From NCBI RefSeq assembly GCF_009914755.1, contig NC_060926.1: 64,000 bases of DNA; one strand, 5' to 3'. This document shows, in pieces, positions 30,707-49,667 of this stretch. Source of the DNA: the human T2T-CHM13v2.0 reference genome, Homo sapiens. The notes under the pieces were generated by a model. The model was given only the letters and a program-made list of their open reading frames with translations, did no database searches and was not told the DNA's origin. The first letter of the stretch is position 1. Each line of letters begins with the position of its first letter. The translations under genes and the position numbers were made by a program.

Positions 30707-33700
30707 GTGATGTGTCCGAAAGCCTGAAGGTATGCAAGAGCAGAAACCCTTCAGCAAAGATAATGAATGTGGACCAGAAAGTTTTACTACTAGGAGACAG
30801 CCAGTGTGGTAACGGGGCAGGGACCTAGGAACAATGGAGGTGGCTCTCTTTCAGTTCTTAATTGATTCTTGAGTATGCTTAAATTCTGGGTGGGAAAATA
30901 AATAGACATGAGAAAGCTAGAAAGAGAAGGTGAGCAAGAGTTAGAAGGAGAAGGGAATAGGTAGACGGGGGAGAAAACAAATCACTTTTTTGTAAATATG
31001 CCTGACACTTTAAATACTATTGCATTTATATCTCTTAATGCATGGATATGATTATCTAACTCTGAAAATTTGATTATTCCCAATTTACAGATCAATAAAA
31101 TAAGACTTAGGAAGTATAAGTCAGGTGCCCCAGCATACAACAAGCCAGGCTGATATTCAAATACAGAATTCTCTGGCTATAATACATATTTTCTTTTAAA
31201 TACACCAGATTCTCAAACATTTAAAACCTTTCTCTACTTTCACAAACATGAAAATTTCAGGCTCACACTTTTAGCTGACTTAATATGTCCCCTCAATATA
31301 GATCACTATAATCTGTATTCTCACTAGCCAAGAATTTCAATCCCTATAGTTTGTAACACAAATCAAATTATATTTGTTATTTCTAAATATAAAACTGCAA
31401 TGTCAATGATGCATTTTCAACCTACACACACCCTCTGACCCCAGTTGTCCCCTACTGAAAATCACCGCTCACATCATGCTATTCCCTTGCCTCACCAGTC
31501 CTAATCTTCATATCGAGAAATGATTCCTGCCATTTGTCATTTTCAATATCCTTCATTTAGAAAGATCAACAATGTTATACACATAAGTCCATACAATCAA
31601 GAAACAGCTTTCACAGATAGCATTGTTAGGAGGTGCTAAGGCTGTTTTGCCGAAAATTAAATGCTGCAATAGTAGCATGCTGGTTTCACACTCTCCCTGG
31701 AGCTCTTCATCTTGAGGCCCATATGACAATCATGTGAATAAAAAGAACTTCACCCACAGGACCACAGCTGCTGCCAAATGCTCACTTCAATGCCTTGGAG
31801 ACTCTAGGAGGAAAGGAATAGCTTTGCAGCAACATGATAATTCTCTGTGACTTCTAAAATTTTGCAGAACACTAGTGGTCCTAATTTTCACTAGAGTCAC
31901 CCTCAGCTGCAATCTATATGATATGAGCTCTTCTTTATTCCTTTCTTTTTTTAAAACCTTTAAAAAGACTTTGTTCAGCCCACATTGATTTCAATATGTC
32001 TTAGTATTCTCAGCATGAATTACTCATTATCCTATTTTCTTAGTCATTCTTCCTATGTTTATAAAAATGTGTTGAGAACTGCCTTGGAGAATGAAGATAT
32101 TCTTTTCATCACCCTCTCTCTCATTTTACCTTTCATGCCTTCATGTTTTGAAAATGCAAGATTATTTCTCGTCATGTATTGATTTTCCCATTTCGGTAAT
32201 TTTTGCTTTTGCCAAAAAAAGAAATTGTGCAATATGCCCCTTATCTCAGGATAAGATGATTCTTTTTGATTTCTGTAAGAGGATCTACTGACTGAAATTC
32301 TTAGCAGAATTATACAGAGTTAGGAGAAAAACTAAAAACATATCTTTACATAACCTAAACATGTTCTGTCAGGTCTTTATTGATGTTATTAAACCAACAC
32401 TGTTAACTTTGACATGGATGATGAAATTTATAGGGAACAAAAGAGATTTTTAAATTTTTTTTAAAATCTAAATCCCTGTTTAACCTTTTGTTTTCTGGGC
32501 TTAAGTTAACGGAAAACTAAACAATGCTCATTGTGGTCTGGCCTTAATTTTCTATCTTAAATCTATTCATATTTAGCTGTAAGTGTATCTTTATTTACTC
32601 CTATATTTCTAAATGGAAGTTACTTTGCTTGAACAATTAGCATAATACGCATTAATGGGGTGATGTTATGTAGACTTCATCTACTCCTGTGGCAATCTAA
32701 GGAATAATTTTCCCCAAACATATTTTCTGAGGTCTCAAAAGGACAATAGAAGTAAGAAGTATGTTTAAGCACCTTTCCTAGCTGGCTCATTTGTATCTGT
32801 ACAGCTGTTCTTTAGAAGCTGCCCAGAATGACTTCAGCTCCTGCTGACAAGCACAGTAACTCATCAAGAAACATAAAAATTGGCGTGACAAAGTAAATAA
32901 AGATGATACACATTATTTAATTGGCATGTAATGGGATTATTTTCTTTAGAGTTAGACTGTAATATTCTGAATATTTATTCAGTCTCTCCAGGATTCTAAG
33001 ACTATGATAAATCAAGAAGCAGTTTTCCATTTTCACATTTCATTCTTGTTTAGAGTAGCATAGACTATGTCAGTGGTCTGCATTCTCTGGTGGATTTAAA
33101 GGCTGGTAGGCCCTATGTTGCCTATATTCAGTGTCTTTCATTCACCAGGACCTATAAAATAAGGGCCAACTGGAAGCTATACAAGTCGTCTTGGCTCATA
33201 GTCAAGACTGGACAAATACAATAACTGTTTAATTAATGAATATTCTAAGTAATGCATGAGGCTAGGTATTGACCCTAATATTAGTGACAACATAAGCTCA
33301 ATATAGGAAGATACTGTCCAGTTCCTTTTATCCTGTGACCCAAGAACATGGCTGGTTGGTTTTGTTGGTTATTTGAGTGGAGGATAATTACCAGAGCATG
33401 AGCATACTCATTCAGCAGACAGCTGGTGTAACCTGCCGGATCCTAAGGTGCTGGGGTATGAGGGCTCTGTCTTTGTGTAGGCCGCACTGATGAAGAGGAA
33501 ATTTGCCAAAGAAGACTTGAGAGAAAAATACAGCTTCACATAGGCTCAAGAAATAATATTTTCTAAATTTACAAAATTTAAAAACTGTAGTATAAATCCA
33601 AGTAAAAATAAGAAACAATATTATCTGGAACAGAAAAAACATTTTTGAATAAAATTTATGTTTATCTTTGTTAGGTTTGTAAGTATATATTAGCAATAAG

Positions 33701-35109
33701 TAGATATTTGCTTTGAATTTGCTCTTTTCAGGACTCAATACAACCAGCTTTTTGAAAGTTAGCTATTAATTTTAGCAATAAATCACTTTTCCAATGTTCG
33801 TAGCTAACTTCAGTTGAATAATTTTCAATGGACTAGTTACAAAAGACCTATGATTAATATAAATTTAGACATGTCATTTGACAGAAGATCTTGATGGTTT
33901 ATAATAGCAAATTCACTGTTACTTATTTTGTGACTCCTTTGTCTCCATGAGATCTAATTTCCAAGGTATACCCTAAACCAAAAATATTCCACATGTAAGC
34001 TATTATGCAAATGAAATATTTTGCAAAATATTTTGTCCTATTTCACTAGTAGGTATACAATATGTAATCATTAATTAAATTATTTACTAATGTATCTATT
34101 TACACATTCAATCTCATGCAATAGGTTCTAATAAAATGCTTAAATAATCTGCTATCAACAAAAAGCAAAAAATAGCATTTAGGGCAAATAACTGCTAATG
34201 ACTTGTGAGTGACTGTTTATTTAAAGCAGATAGATGTTTTGCATGTTGCATGAGATGTAAAACCAAGATGATCATTAAAAACAGGAATAATGGCATTTTC
34301 CAGAAAGAACATTTACTGGTGCCTTCTGACTGAATTCCAATTCATGAGATCACAGCCAGAATTTTCGAGCTCTCCTGTAGTTTCAATTGGCATACTTCTC
34401 TAATTCTTGCTTATTTCTCTGTGAAGGGACATGGTGTTTCATTTTTAATAGTTCACAAGTTCTCCCCAAGGCAATATATGTTAGAACAAGTCTGATGATT
34501 AGTTACAAATCAACATGTAGCTATGAAAAATTAACTTTCCTTCCAAAATCTTTGCTTTTTTTTGGTTTTATGAAGTATCAGGCACTGTTAATAATGAGTT
34601 TCAACAATTAATGAAAAGAACAAAATACAATCGGTATCCTCCTACTATATGGATCAAAGATGAGAGAGAGGAGCCACAAAGAAGGGAGTCTATTACTTTG
34701 ACAAGGAGTAAAATGATCCTTTCATTTTAACTACATTGCTGAACACCTGTTTTTTCACTAATGGAATAAAGATCTTGGCCTTTACAGTGGTTTTGCAAAT
34801 TATTCCTTTAGGACTTGCATCTAGAAGGATTCTTTGACACTCACCTAGAAAGCACCTCAAGCTGAAAGTTGTACAAACCTTCCCATTGCCCCTTCTCTCC
34901 TCATAGAGCTCTCCAAATTTGCATGTTTTATAGCTTTAAGCTTCCACGTAAGATTTTTATATAAGGGAAGAGTTTCATGGCTAGGAAGCAATTTATAAAC
35001 CACCAGGCTAGATATTATTTTAATTTCTCTTCCAGCTTCACCATTCTAGGATTCTAGGAAATGATGTTTTACTCTGGATTTAAAATTTCAAGGTAATTAC
35101 CTTTAGAAG

Positions 35110-35335
35110 GACAGTGTGGTGTTCTGTCCCTAATCGTTGGAAATAAGAGCTCCAAAGTCACGTTGCACTTTGAATTCCTTCTCTCCTACTTACAAGTTGT
35201 GTGATCTTGGGCAAATTATATTTTCTTTCTAAACCTCTGTCTTCTCTTTTATAAAAAGAGATAAGAGAAGAATCACCAGGATTGAATTCAATATTGTATG
35301 AAAATTTCTTAATATGGTGTTGGGCACATAGTAAG
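35110..35335 (+). mobile_element. MIR SINE fossil
   Basis: ctacttacaagttgtgtgatcttgggcaaatta...aacctctg ... ggcacatagtaag. Confidence 0.7.
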
Positions 35336-35381
35336 CCACAGAATCAACTCGAGACTTCATAGATTCCAGACTATTAGAAGC

Positions 35382-35726
35382 TGATATGGTTTGGCTTTGT
35401 CCCTACCCAAATCTCATCTCGAATTGTAGCTCCCATAATCCCCACGTGTTGTGGGAGGGACCCAGTGGGAGGTAATTGAATCATGGAAGTGGGTTTTTCC
35501 TGTACTCTTCTCATGATAATGAATATGTCTCAAGAGATCTGATGGTTTTATAAAGGGCAGTTCCCCTGCACATGCCCTCTTGCCTGCCGCCATGTAAGAT
35601 GTGCCTTTGCTCCTCTTTTACCTCTGCCAAGCCATGTGGAACTGTGAGTCCATTAAACCTCTTTTTCTTTATAAATTACCCAGTCTCAGAAGTTTCTTCA
35701 TAGCAGTATGAAAATAAACTAACACA
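35382..35726 (+). mobile_element. Solo THE1 (THE1C/B-like) MaLR LTR
   Basis: tgatatggtttggct ... ctaacaca with a perfect 5-bp TSD gaagc (35377-35381 / 35727-35731). Confidence 0.95.
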
Positions 35727-37959
35727 GAAGCTGAATTCACTTCTCATGAGGCAGACTCTGTTAGACAATTAAAAAGTTATGTGATTCACCAATAGTTTTT
35801 ATTTTTATCTTGATGGGCTTTTTACTTAAGACACTCACCATTTTTATAAAGTTTAGTAAAAGAATTTGTAGAACACTCCAGTGATACAGATAGGTGAAAC
35901 TATATTCTTTTTATTTTAGAAAATAAATGATAAAGTAGATACGTTAAATGATTTCGCAAAAATAAATAAATAACTAGGCTGTAGACCCAGAAATAAAATC
36001 AGAGAGTATATTTCTTGAAAATATCTTAATTACATGTTAGTTGATTGTTAAACTATGCTTAGTTCCTACAAAATGAGTTCTTATCTGAATGTTTTAGAAT
36101 ACTCAATATTCTGAGTGTTATACATAATATAACTATTCTACATCTTGTAAGACTCATAAAAAGTTGTCTGCTGACTTATTACAAAATAAAACAAATGTTA
36201 TTTTAACCTTATGAGCTTGAACAAATAAATCTAAAATAAATGGCTTTATAGAAGCCTTTGAACTTATAAACCAATTAAAGCAATGGAAAACAACTACATA
36301 TATATAAAGGACAGAAAAACATACCCGGTTTATCTCTTCTTTGTGACTAATAATTGTGGCTTATTGTCAATGCTGTTCGATATATTTTGTAAATTTATGG
36401 AAATGAAAACAGACAAACAAAAAACTCCCATTTCTTCTCTCCAAATAAGAGATTAGCTATTTCTATCAATGGGACTCAGTCACAAGAGTTCTAAAGAGAA
36501 GTTCTTCATTAGAGAAGTAATAACTATAATAAGGAATGTTTTCTCTAAGAGGGAAGAGAGAGACTATTAGGAAGTTGAACATAGGCTGGAGACAGACAAG
36601 AAAAAAATGAATTTTTAAGAAACATCTCTACCCCTGCCCTGATGTTTACCAGTTAAGAGCCAAAAGTTTCTTTCAACTTCTTGGAGGCAGGGGAAATTCT
36701 TTGGAAGATTTAAGTGCCTGTCGGAGGAGCGCTGAAAAAATCCATCTTCAGCATTAGCACTGCTTGGAGGGTCCTTGTCTGGAGAGGTAGGTCTGGCTAT
36801 CGTCAATGAATAGGGCAGGAAGCCCCCAGGAACACAAGGAGGATAGTAACGCAAGTATTACATCTCACGAACTCTGAGGCACCCTGTTTCTGCCAGAGGT
36901 GTGAGACTGTACCAGCTTCCAAGGGATTTCCACCAGAAGCCCCACACCCTGGTAGAGCAGACCAGCATGTCAGTGTGTTGCCACACCATCCAAGGCACAA
37001 CTGTAGGGCCTGACATTGCAGTAGGGCTGTGCAGCCTTTTCAGGCACAGCATAGATTTTCTCAGTGGGCCAGGGAATCAATCAGAGACTCGCTACACCAG
37101 TAGGGAAGACATTTCTGCTTTAAGAACCATAGGAGAGTGAAAGACAGACCCATAAATATAGGTGGTGCTATTAATTTTTACTGTTTATTTCCTAGCAAGA
37201 TGCCTGGAAAAATTATTCATTACAAGCTTATATGCTTCATTTCATTTGAATCTCAATATATTACTATAAGGGAGATAGGAAAAGAAGTATTATTTCAGTT
37301 TCGTTGAGGAGGGGATAATACTAACGGTTCTATATCTCAGTGATTAGAGAACAGGGAGGAGAATCTATTCAACCATAATTCCCTCACAAGAATCTTGACT
37401 TCAACATCTAATCCACTAAAATTTCCATTTTGGGAACTTGCATACAAGATAATCGATGTATACAAATTTAGGCATATTTTAAAATTCTAATTTTGTTAAA
37501 TATGAAAATGATGTGCATAAAATCATCTTAATGTCTAAGTTTAGGGGATTCCAAAACATAGTTACTTAGTTGTCATAATTACCTGTATATGAGAAAATTA
37601 AAAACAGATGAAAATCAGAGACCTTCTATGTAATCTTAAATATTTAGACTTTCCACCTAATGCCAAGCATACTCTATGTTAGAGGTCAAATCTGTTATGT
37701 TACTTTTTCTTGAGGTTTCATATTTTGCCCCAAACCTACAAGAAAATAAATCACTGTTCTGTGGGTACATTGGGTAGCACACGCTCATCCCACGTCTGTA
37801 CTCCTTTGTGATGTCTCTTGGAACTTGTTCTTTTTTTGTTCCCCCAGCATAGACGGTTTGTCCCTTCCATCCTCCATTCACTGTACAGTTGACTGCCCTC
37901 AATGCAAAACCAAGTCAGCTGAAGTTAGTCACTCACAAAAAAATCAGTGCTTCAGTCTT

Positions 37960-38160
37960 GAGCAATAAGTTCAGGAAACATTTAAGTGTTTATTACGTGC
38001 CAGTTGCTTTCACAAAGGTTATCACAACAAATTCTGAGGTAGACACTATTACTCCTGCAGCTCAGAAAGGTTCAATGATTTGCTCAGGGTCATGGAACTA
38101 GTTATTTCTGGGATTCAGTCCAAGATTTTGACTTTGAATTCACTGCCCTTTTTCCTATCC
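37960..38160 (-). mobile_element. MIR SINE fossil
   Basis: gaggtagacactattact ... gctcagaaaggttcaatgatttgctcagggtcatggaactag. Confidence 0.6.
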
Positions 38161-38384
38161 TATTAACACACATCAGGGCTAAAATCCCAGGGTACAAACA
38201 TACATTTGACTAGTCAACAGGAGCAAAAATGGTAATAAATTCAGGCCATGCTGAGCAATTAAAAATAGGAAGATATAAGTCTCAAGTATGAGAGTAATGG
38301 AAAATATAGACTTGTTGGTTAGTAATTAATTTAAAGTTACATAGATACTTTGTCAACCTATAACACTAAATGTGACTAAAAAGC

Positions 38385-39845
38385 ATATGTGGCTTTACCA
38401 TACAACATATACAAAAAGTAAAAATGAATCAAAGATCTAACATAAAAGCTAAAACTATAAAAAATCATAGAAGGAAACATAAGGGAAAAGCTCTATGATA
38501 CCAGATTTGGCAACAATTATTGGATATGACACCAAAAACATGGGTAATGAAACAAAACAATGGAAAAAAATTGAGTTCATTATAATTAAAAACTTGTACA
38601 TCAAAGGAGACTATCAACAGAATAAAAAAGCAACTCAAAGAATTGGAGAAAATATTTGTAAATCACATGTTTAATAAGAGATTAAGATCCAGAATACATA
38701 AAGAACTCCTGCAACTTAACAACACCAAAATAAAAACCCAGCTGGGCGTGCTGCCTCACGTCTGTAATCCCAGTAGTTTGGGAGGCCTAGGCAGGTGGAT
38801 TGCCTGAGCTCAGGTGTTCGTAACCAGCTTGGGCAACATGGTGAAACCCCGTCTCTACTAAAATACAAAAAAATTAGCCTGGCATGGTGGTGTGCATCTG
38901 TATTCTCAGCTACTCAGGAGGCTGAAGCAGGAGAATTGCTTGAACCCAGGAGGCAGAGATTGCAGTGAGTTGAGATCACGCCACTGCACTCCAACCTGGG
39001 TGACAGAGCAAGACTCCATCTCAAAACAAACAAACAACAACGACAAAAACAAACAAACCAGTTTAAAAATTGGCAAAGAACTTGAATACACATTTCTCCA
39101 AAGCTATATAAATGGCAAATGAACATATGAGAAGACACTTAGCATCACTAATCACTAGGAAAATGCAAATCAAAACCACAATGAGATATCAGTTCACACC
39201 AATTAGGATGACAAGTATATATATATTTTTTTAAAAAGAACAGAAAATAAGTGTTAGCAAAGATGCAGAGAAATTGGAACACTTGTGCATTACTGGTGAG
39301 AATATAAAATGGTGGACCCATATCTACCCACAAGAATTGAATGCAGGGACTAAAAGAGATATTTGTAGACTAATGTTTATAGTACCATTACTCGTAACAG
39401 CCAAATGGGGAAAAAATTCAAATGTCCATTGATGAATTTGTGGGGAAACAAAGTATGACATATGCATACAATGAAATATTATTCACCCTTAAAAAGCAAA
39501 TAAATTCTGGTATATGTTACAACATAGATAAACCTAGAAAATATTATGCTATGTAAAATAAGTTAGATGCAAAAAAGATGAACACTGTATGATTCTTAGA
39601 ATTATACATGAGGTTCCTAGAATAGTCAAATTCACAGAAACAGAAAATAGAACAGTTGTTCTCAGAGAATGGTGAATTATTGTTAAATGGATACAGAGTT
39701 TCAGTTTGGAATGAGGAAATAGTTCTGGAGATGGATGGGGTGATGGTTGTACAACACTGTGAATGTAATTAATACTACAGAATGGTATGCTTACAAATGT
39801 TTAAGCTGGTAAATTTTATGTTATTTTATCACAATAATAATTTTT
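38385..39845 (+). mobile_element. Old L1 (L1MB-like) ORF2 end and 3' UTR, interrupted by an Alu
   Basis: atgcaaatcaaaaccacaatgagatatc and L1MB-type 3' UTR gttctggagatggatggggtgatggttgtacaaca. Confidence 0.85.
38740..39057 (+). mobile_element. AluS element with (CAAA)-rich tail
   Basis: Full dimeric Alu inside the L1. Confidence 0.92.
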
Positions 39846-40137
39846 TCTTAAAGACTATCCCTGCAGTTACTTGGTAAGAGTGAGTTAGAAGCCCTGAATA
39901 AAAAAAGTCCATGTGGGGATTAGGATCAGAGACTGGAGGGAGGCACACACATTACCTTTTTCTGAATATTGGTGATTCAGTCTTTCAATTATTCAACATT
40001 TAAAAGCATATGTTAAGGCTCTCATTTATTTGTAATGTAAACAAGATATTATCTCTGTGCTTAAAAAGCTCACAGACTATTTTGAGTAAACATTATCTCA
40101 ACAGAGATACCTGTGATGCTAAATTGGTTCACTATCT

Positions 40138-41920
40138 CTCATTCATTCAACAAATAATTATTGAATATCTAGCTGACTAGGAATTCTTCTAGGTCCTGGG
40201 GACACTATGGTATATAAAACAAAGTTCCTGTTTTAGTAGAGCTGACATTTCTTTGAACAAGACAGAAAAGAGGCAAATGAGTAAATATGTAATGTTAGAT
40301 GATGATCAATGCTGTGGAAAAATTAATGAGTGTAAGGGAGAGAGGGAATGACTGGTTGGAAGGAGCAAGTCGAAGTGTATTGGAAAAAGTGATCATGTGA
40401 TACTGGAGTAGAGAATTGAGTGAAAGAAAATGTAGGCAATGTGGATATCTGCAGGAAGAGCATTCCAGGCAGAGAAAAATTTATTTTCAGAAGTCAATTA
40501 AATCCCTCAAATAGGAATATGCTTGAGTGTTCAGGGAAAAGTAAAGAGGTCAGCATGGCCGGAGCAGAGGTTTTTGAAAATACTTTAAATTTTAATGGTA
40601 AGGAGATGAGGAAAAATCAACAGAAGTCATTGAGATGGAGTGGCCAACGAGTGAGGTGAGGGTAGAACCAAGTGAAGAAATTATTTCAAAAAGGAGGGAG
40701 TATTTCATCACCTCTAAATCTGCTAACAGTTTTTATAAACAGACTGAGCTATGACCACTGGGTTTAACAACACAAGGTCACTGAAGACTGGCTGGAGACA
40801 CAGGGACAAAGCCTGATTCCAGTGGGTTTGAGAAGTATGGAGGAATAGGAAGTAGAGAATGCACTGCAGACAACACATTAGGACTTTGTTATAGATGATG
40901 AAGAGTGGGGAGAAATGTGGGTTGAGGAGGGCTTTTTCTAAGTAGAAAAGATAAAAACATGTTTCTGTGCTGAAAGCACTAAACCAATAGGACAAACTGA
41001 TGGAGTGAAGAGAGGGAGCGATGTCTGGAGTAAAGTGAAAGGTGAGAAGGAATGCGATTTAGCACCTAAGTAGAAGCTATGGCTTTAACAGGCAGGCTCT
41101 TCTACGTTTATAGGAATGAAGGTAGAATATGCGAATATAGGTGCTGTTAGGGAGGTAGATGTGCGGGAAATGTCTCAAGTTCTCTTCTGATTGCTTTTAT
41201 TCTGTCAGTGAAATAAGAAGCAAAGTCACAAAGACTATATCTAAGAGTGACAGGGCAGAGACCAAGAAGGTGTGAAATAGATTCTAAGAGAGTATTTCAG
41301 CCTGTAGCAGTAGGAAAACATGGAATGATTGCCAGGAAACATTAAGGGATTATTTGAGGTTGATGGTGAATTTAAACACAGAATATTAAGCATGAGTTTG
41401 TTTTTATTCAATGACACCACCAAAGTGCTGGTGTGAATCATTTAAAAGTTCATTGTAATATTATTTGGGTTTTGCCAGAAGAATAACATAGAAAGAAATG
41501 GAACGAGGGCATTGAGAGTACATGGAAGGTCATTATTGCAATGATGGATTATTGAGTATAAGTTGGGGAGAGAAATAAAGGTATAGTTCAGGGACATAGT
41601 AAAAAAAAGTGGTGAGATGAACAGATTTTAAGTTCTACTATGATCAAGAATTTTTGGAGTTGGAATACGAGAGGGAGGGAACTTGAAGGACGAGATGCAA
41701 CTTGAAGGCTGGAGACTGAGATGCTAGAACCTGAGATTGTGGAAGGGGTACGGTTATTAGGTCTAGAGGATGACCACGGGAGCAGGTGGTTAAGAGAGTG
41801 AGGAGAAAATCTAGAATGAGGAGATCAAGGAACTGAAAGGCCAGAGTTCCATGGGGGAACCACCATGAAATACTTCTAGAGACTGTGACAATAAACCAGT
41901 GCTAAACTCTTCAAGGACAG
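40138..41920 (-). mobile_element. Long decayed L2
   Basis: Begins cattcattcaacaaata (reverse complement of the L2 terminus) and continues as purine-rich antisense L2 text (gaagagcattccaggcagag, atgaccactgggtttaacaac). Confidence 0.7.
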
Positions 41921-42309
41921 GTAAGTAAGGGTCTCTGCATTATTTAGAATCAAAGTAACATTGAAGAATGGTGTTGGACAGCAACTCATCCTCCATAGCA
42001 AGAGCTTTTAACCTGGGCTTTATGGAAGGGTTTCTAGAGTTCCAAGAACTCTACAAAATTGTAAGCAACTTCTTTTCTTTGTGTAAACATGGGCTTTTCT
42101 CTAGGGAAAGAATCCACAGCTTTCACAGGTTCTTAAAGTGGTCTAAGTAATAACTTCAAATATAAACAACTACCAGCAGGGGTAAAAAAATTATACACAA
42201 CAAAAATAAAAACTGTAATTCACATGTGATACATTCCTATGGCTGTCTTTACCAGTAGGCATAGTAAATGATTATATATGGCTGTAAAATTTAAATTGCC
42301 AACCTCCTA

Positions 42310-43090
<781 letters not shown>

Positions 43091-43159
43091 CTCAAATTAC
43101 CATCTGTGACTATTTAATAAACATTAGTTGTTGAATGAACCTCAAATTACCATCTGTTA

Positions 43160-43462
<303 letters not shown>

Positions 43463-44289
43463 TACCATCAGTTATTTCTTGGGTTACAGCACTGAATAAT
43501 TTCTTAAAATGTAAATATTTTCAGAAGGGTTATAAGCCTACTTCTTTCTCCTCTATCTTACTTTATCACTCTCTAGCCTTCTCAGTCTCATTATTTCTCT
43601 GATCCTTAAATGTTATTAAGAAACACACATAAATGACCCTTATGTGCAAGCCCTTCTCTCAGCTGTTTTCTCTCTGGCTTCAACCGTCTCTTTCTGCAAG
43701 ACTGCTTACTGTCCCCTCTGTCGCCCTCCTGCCCTCTCTGCCTCTGAACCCACGGCAATCCCACTACCATCGCTGCAGCTCTAGAAAGGGGTCTCTCAAA
43801 AGGTCAGTGATGACCTCATTGCCAAACATAGTCATCTGATTTTAGTCCTCAAAATATAAAAAGTTATCTTTGGCCTTGCTGACTAGTTTCTTGGTTTCTC
43901 TAGCATCACTCTCTTGGTTCTGCTCCAGTTTCTTGAACCTCTCTCCCACACAGTCCTTTACAGCATCCCTTTCATTTCTGAATATTTCTTCCTTCCCTGG
44001 CCCCATAGGGAAATCTTGCTCCATGTGTTCTTCCTGGAGATCTCACTGGGCTTCCACCGGGAGCTGTAAGTGGCTAGTTTCCAGACATTGTGCTCCACCT
44101 TGCCTCTTAAATTCCAGAGGTACCTTTTTACCTGCTCACTGAACATCTCCACCAAGGGGGCTGTGAAGTCTTTGAAGCATATCTATTTATTTTGTATCCC
44201 CACTGACCTTCTTTCAGATGAGCAGATGGAGGCATAGAGAGGCTTAGTCACTTAGCTGAGATCACACAGTTAGGGAGTGGATGACTATA

Positions 44290-44388
44290 AACATCATACT
44301 GACTTGAATCTTGACGCTGAGGAAATTACTTAACTTTTCTGTGCTTAAGTTCACTCATCTACAAAAGGAGATTTTTAAAAGTCCCTAT
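44290..44388 (+). mobile_element. MIR, left half (split by the L1 insertions; resumes ~50110-50225)
   Basis: MIR core ttacttaacttttctgtgcttaagttcactcatctacaaaaggaga. Downstream part gctatgagaattaaaataa lies after the L1s. Confidence 0.65.
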
Positions 44389-45934
44389 AAGTCTTGACTC
44401 TTTATCCAATTTGCCAGTCTGTGTCTTTTAATTGGGGCATTTAGCCCATTTACATTTAAGGTTAATATTGTTATGTGTGAATTTGATCCTATCATTATGC
44501 TAGCTAGTTATTTTGCCTAATAGTTGACGCAGTTTCTTCATAGTGTCGATGGTCTTTACAATTTGGGATGTTTTTGCAGTGGCTGGTACCAGTTTTTCCT
44601 TTCCATATTTAGTGCTTCCTTCAGGAGCTCTTGTAAGGCAAACCTGGTGGTGACAAAATCTCTCAGCATTTGCTTGTCTGTAAAAAATTTTATTTCTCCT
44701 TCGCTTATGAAGCTTAGTTTGGCTGGATATGAAATTCTGGGTTGAAAGTTCTTTTCTTTAAGAATGTTGAATATTGTCACCCACTCTCTTCTGGCTTGTA
44801 AGGTTTCTGCTGAGAGATCCACTATTAGTCTGATGGGCTTCCCTTTGTGGGTAACCCGACCTTTCTTTCTGGCTGCGCTTAACATTTTTTCCTTCATTTC
44901 AACCTTGGTGAATCTGACAATTATGTGTCTTGGGGTTGCTCTTCTCAAGTAGTATGTTTGTGGTGTTCTCTATATTTCCTGAATTTGAATGTTGGCCTGC
45001 CTTGCTAGGTTGGGGAAGTTCTCCTGGATAATAACCTGAAGAGTGTTTTCTAACTTGGTTCCATTCTCTCCCTCACTTTCAAGTACACCAATCAAACGTA
45101 GGTTTGGTCTTTTCACATAGTCTTATATTTCTTGGCGGGTTTGTTCATTTCTTTTCATTCTTTTTTTCTCTAATCTTGTCTTCACACTTTATTTCATTAA
45201 GTTCATCTTCAATCTATGATATCCTTTCTTCCGCTTCATCGATTCAGCTACTGATACTTGTGTATGGTTCACAAAGTTCTCGTGCTGCATTTTTCAGCTC
45301 CATCAGGTCTTTTATGTTCTTCTCTAAACTAGTTATTCTACTTAGCAATTCCTCTAACCTTTTTTCAAGGTTCTTAGCTTTCTTGCATTGGGTTAGAACA
45401 TGCTCCTTTAGCTCGGAGGAGTTTGTTATTACCCTCTTTCTGAAGCCTACTTCTGTCAATTCATCAAACTCATTCTCTGTCCAGTTTTGTTCCCTTGCTG
45501 GCAAGGAGTTGTAATCCTTTGGAGGAGAAGAGAAGTTCTGGGTTTTGGGAATTCTCAGCCTTTTTGCACTGGTTTTTCCTCATCTTCATGGATTTAACTA
45601 CCTTTGGTCTTTGATGTTTGTGACCTTCGCATGGGGTTTCTGGGGTTTTTGTGTGGATGTCCTTTTTGTTGATGTTGATGCTATTCCTTTTCATTTGTTC
45701 ATTTTCCCGCTGCAGGTCTGCTGGAGTTTGCTGGGGAGCCACTCCAGACCCTGTTTGCCTGAGTATCACCAGCAGAGGCTGCAGAACAGCAAAGATTGCA
45801 GCCTGCTCCTTCCTCTGGAAGCTTCGTCCCAGAGGGGCACCCACCAGATGCCAGCCAGAGCTCTCCTGTATGAGGTGTTAGTTGACCCCTGCTGGGAGGT
45901 GCCTCCCAGTCAGGAGGCAAGGTGGTCAGGGACC
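44389..45934 (-). mobile_element. Inverted 5' segment of an L1PA7-like LINE-1 (distal 5' UTR, ORF1, first ~35 codons of ORF2)
   Basis: Antisense ORF1 peptides in the ORF track. ORF2 ATG at 44495-44493. Older-L1PA-type 5' UTR text at 45700-45930. Confidence 0.95.
44556..45583 (-). pseudogene. L1 ORF1p remnant (frameshifted, with stop codons)
   Basis: Fragments MRKNQCKKAENS, REQNWTENEFDEL, and RRATPRHIIVRFTKVEMKEK...YQPLQKHPKL. Confidence 0.93.
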
Positions 45935-49667
<3,733 letters not shown>

